This document shows positions 63,479-64,000 of a stretch of DNA of 64,000 nt, one piece after another. A model generated the notes under the pieces. That model was given only the letters and a program-made list of their open reading frames with translations. It was not told the DNA's origin and made no database searches. How positions within the stretch are numbered: position 1 is the stretch's first letter; each line of letters begins with the position of its first letter. The stretch is from contig JBAZZV010000004.1 of the NCBI GenBank assembly GCA_041658645.1, forward strand, positions 112,552 to 176,551, given 5' to 3'. The DNA comes from Candidatus Margulisiibacteriota bacterium (lineage in GTDB: Bacteria > Margulisbacteria > WOR-1 > O2-12-FULL-45-9 > XYB2-FULL-48-7). A program made the translations under genes and the position numbers.

Positions 63479-64000
63479 ATGGGCCTGTCCACATCGGCTA
63501 AGGTCGGGATCGTGACGATCGCCGCGCTGACCCTCCTGGCGATGGTCATCGTCTGGAAGACCGAAATATTCAAGATGAGGGAAGGTTACAAGCTGACCGG
63601 AATATTCAACAGTGTTGAGGGTTTGACGATCGGCTCGGAGGTTCGCTTTCGCGGGCTGAAGATCGGCAAGGTGACCGAGATCGATCCCGGCCCTTATGAT
63701 ATCAGAATTTATTCCGTGGTCGAGCCGCGGATCAAGATCCCGAGCGATTCCCTCCTGCGCGTCGCCTATGACGGGATAGTTGGCCTGAAATATCTGGAGA
63801 TCAAGCCGGGGACCTCGGAAACGATGTATGCACCGGCCCTGGCGCTCCGGGGCGAGCGGACGGCCGCCATTGTCGACTTTATCGATATCGGCGCCCAGAA
63901 CCTGGTCCAGACCAGGCTGATCCTGGAAAATGTCCGAAAAATAATCGAGAATCCGGCTCTACAGCAAGCCTTTATGAACGCCGTATTTACGGCCGATAAG
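63479..64000 (+). CDS. mlaD: MCE/MlaD-family substrate-binding protein (3' end outside window)
   Basis: This ORF is not in the track because it has no stop within the window. It has an N-terminal TM (KVGIVTIAALTLLAMVIVW) followed by an MCE pattern (GLTIGSEVRFRGLKIGKVTEI). Confidence 0.8.
   Translation, partial: MGLSTSAKVGIVTIAALTLLAMVIVWKTEIFKMREGYKLTGIFNSVEGLTIGSEVRFRGLKIGKVTEIDPGPYDIRIYSVVEPRIKIPSDSLLRVAYDGIVGLKYLEIKPGTSETMYAPALALRGERTAAIVDFIDIGAQNLVQTRLILENVRKIIENPALQQAFMNAVFTADK

Overview
This is a 64-kb chromosomal segment from a moderately GC-rich bacterium that looks diderm: it carries MlaEFD, an LptC/OstA-like protein, small OMP-like proteins and SLH domains. I cannot assign the lineage from sequence alone. 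About 60 genes are present, nearly all on the + strand and mostly housekeeping. In order they are a trmH-like gene, pheS-pheT, mutS, trxA plus a TlpA-like gene plus ccdA, and a long-form thyX. Next comes a GH57-based glycogen cluster (GH57, GH57, GalT-like, DUF4912, GH57 branching enzyme, a nucleotidyltransferase/PMM-like fusion, glgA). Then follow a DRE-TIM lyase, yebC, a PHP phosphatase, a mini-MGMT, hisF, a polyprenyl synthase, trpE, rodA, gap-pgk-tRNA-Ala-secG, mraY-murD-ftsW-murG-murC-murB, split transketolase, dCMP deaminase, pheA, argS, ilvE, acpS, an NAD(P)HX dehydratase and mlaEFD. I recognised no transposase, integrase, CRISPR array, toxin-antitoxin pair or restriction system. Three things stand out. 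(1) At 51.6-60.7 kb, a 2,035-aa beta-helix/Ig-repeat surface protein ends in a FlgD-Ig/T9SS-CTD-like domain. It is followed after 2 nt by a PorV/PorQ-like outer-membrane barrel fused to two copies of [Ig-like domain + 3 SLH domains]. I read this as a candidate self-contained cargo-plus-anchor module. (2) Phased heptanucleotide tandem arrays (STRR-like) occur at nine or more loci. Each heptamer family is seen at two distant loci. They fill intergenic spacers, supply stop and start codons, encode a signal-peptide core, and sit in frame inside thyX, hisF, murD and the NAD(P)HX dehydratase gene. (3) Two families of GC-rich palindromic elements (nested-hairpin and double-hairpin) lie in intergenic regions and also in frame inside argS and mutS. 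All coordinates and motifs come from reading the sequence and the ORF track by eye. No database search was possible, so family names are pattern-based calls.
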